DNA of 64,000 nt from Phaeosaccion multiseriatum (lineage: Eukaryota > Protista > Ochrophyta, other classes), in contig OZ218954.1 in the NCBI GenBank assembly GCA_965112735.1, positions 1,364,001 to 1,428,000 of the forward strand, read 5' to 3'. The notes under the pieces were generated by a model that ran no database searches, was not told the origin of the DNA, and saw nothing but the letters and a program-made list of their open reading frames with translations. Below are positions 63,026 through 64,000 of the stretch, piece after piece. A program made the position numbers and the translations under genes. Numbering within the stretch: the stretch's first letter is position 1; the number at the start of each line of letters is the position of its first letter.

Positions 63026-63691
63026 GGAGGGAGAGAGAGGGAGAGAGGGAGAGAGAGAGAGAGGGAGAGAGCGAGAGAGAGGGAGGGAGGGAGAGAGAGG
63101 GAGAGAGAGAGGGAGAGAGAGAGGGAGGGAGAGAGAGAGAGAGAGGGAGAGAGAGAGAGAGAGGGAGAGAGAGAGAGAGAGGGAGAGAGAGAGGGAGAGA
63201 GAGAGAGGGGGAGAGAGAGAGGGAGAGCGAGAGAGGGAGATAGGGAGAGAGAGAGAGAGAGAAAGAGAGGGAGGGAGGGAGAGAGAGGGAGAGAGAGAGA
63301 ATGAGAGTGAGACAGAGAGAGGGAGAAGAGAGCGAGAGAGCGCGCGAGAGAGGGGGGGGGGGGGGAGTACAAAGCGGATGAACGGCTCCATGACACTCGC
63401 TCACTCCATTGCGAGTCTTCGGGCCTTCTTATCGCCGCATGTACGCGCTACATAGAGGAACTTCTCTTCGAAACGAATATAGAGCCAGCCCTGTCCTTCT
63501 TGGATCTTTCTTGTTCCCCCCTGTTGACCTTTGAAGTGCAACGGGCGGTGCCTTCAGGGGCTTCCGGTGCATTTACATACCTCATCCATAAAGGAGAAGA
63601 AGGACAACTCGAGCAGGACATTAAGTAAGAAGATGAGGTCCACAAAGTATCCCGGCACCAACAGCCACGCTTGCTTGGCGAAGGACAACCT
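52109..63691 (-). CDS. Multi-repeat cyclic-nucleotide-binding-domain K+ channel (CNGK/tetraKCNG-like); at least 3 channel repeats in the window, 5' end beyond the right edge
   Basis: Three successive S1-S6 + C-linker + CNBD units: pore TVGYGD (61817-61834) with PBC FGEEGLL..GRLAT; pore VVVVIGD (~59054-59074) with FGDTALF..ERSASV; pore SIGYGD (54994-55011) with LGETCLL...RLETV. Units join in frame (ORF 60191-60847; splice 57360 to ~57137). C-terminal exons are less certain. Confidence 0.9.
53797..54025. repeat. (GGGA)n array, intronic
   Basis: Direct inspection. Confidence 0.95.
62183..62396. repeat. (GGGA)n array, intronic
   Basis: Direct inspection. Confidence 0.95.
62921..63352. repeat. 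(GA)n/(GGGA)n compound purine tract, intronic, abutting a splice acceptor
   Basis: About 430 bp of almost pure purine; acceptor CAG at 62919-62921 on the minus strand. Confidence 0.95.
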
Positions 63692-64000
63692 CTGAAGGAT
63701 GACGTTCAGTTCGATGGGGAGGATGTGGAGGGAGGGAGGGAGGGAGGGAGGGAGGGAGGGAGGGAGGGAGGGAGGGAGGGAGGGAGGGAGGGAGGGAGGG
63801 AGGGAGGGAGGGAGGGAGGAGGGAGGGAGGAGGGAGGGAGGAGGGAGGAGGGAAGGAGGGAGGGAGAGGGAAGGAGAGAAGGAGGGAGAGAGCGAGCAAA
63901 GAAGGGCAAGGTGAGGCTGTGCGCATGTGGAAAGGGGGAGACAGCAGGCACACGCACACAAACACGCACAACACATAAGAGACACGCACGCACACGCAAA

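Overview
Eukaryotic nuclear DNA, GC-rich, with many GT-AG spliceosomal introns packed with microsatellites. A bipartite plastid-targeting peptide on an acyltransferase suggests an ochrophyte-like stramenopile alga (inference). Most ORF-track entries are repeat artefacts. Manual splicing gives 14 protein genes: full-size ABCG transporter (-, runs off the left edge), RRP6-like exonuclease, bacterial-type TrmK tRNA methyltransferase, COA4-like twin-CX9C protein, NAD(P)-binding oxidoreductase, CocE/NonD hydrolase, SBPase without plastid targeting, two hypothetical proteins, a highly divergent 14-3-3-like protein, plastid LPAAT, Nup58-like nucleoporin, PP2C/PDP-like phosphatase, and a multi-repeat cyclic-nucleotide-binding K+ channel (-, runs off the right edge). 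There is also a 245-bp TTAA-flanked MITE. Most notable: (1) the 14-3-3-like protein carries a predicted signal peptide and has lost its phosphopeptide-binding residues; (2) an intron-containing TrmK in a eukaryote; (3) a concatenated CNGK-like channel with one VIGD filter in place of GYGD. All assignments come from manual translation and recalled family motifs; no searches were run.
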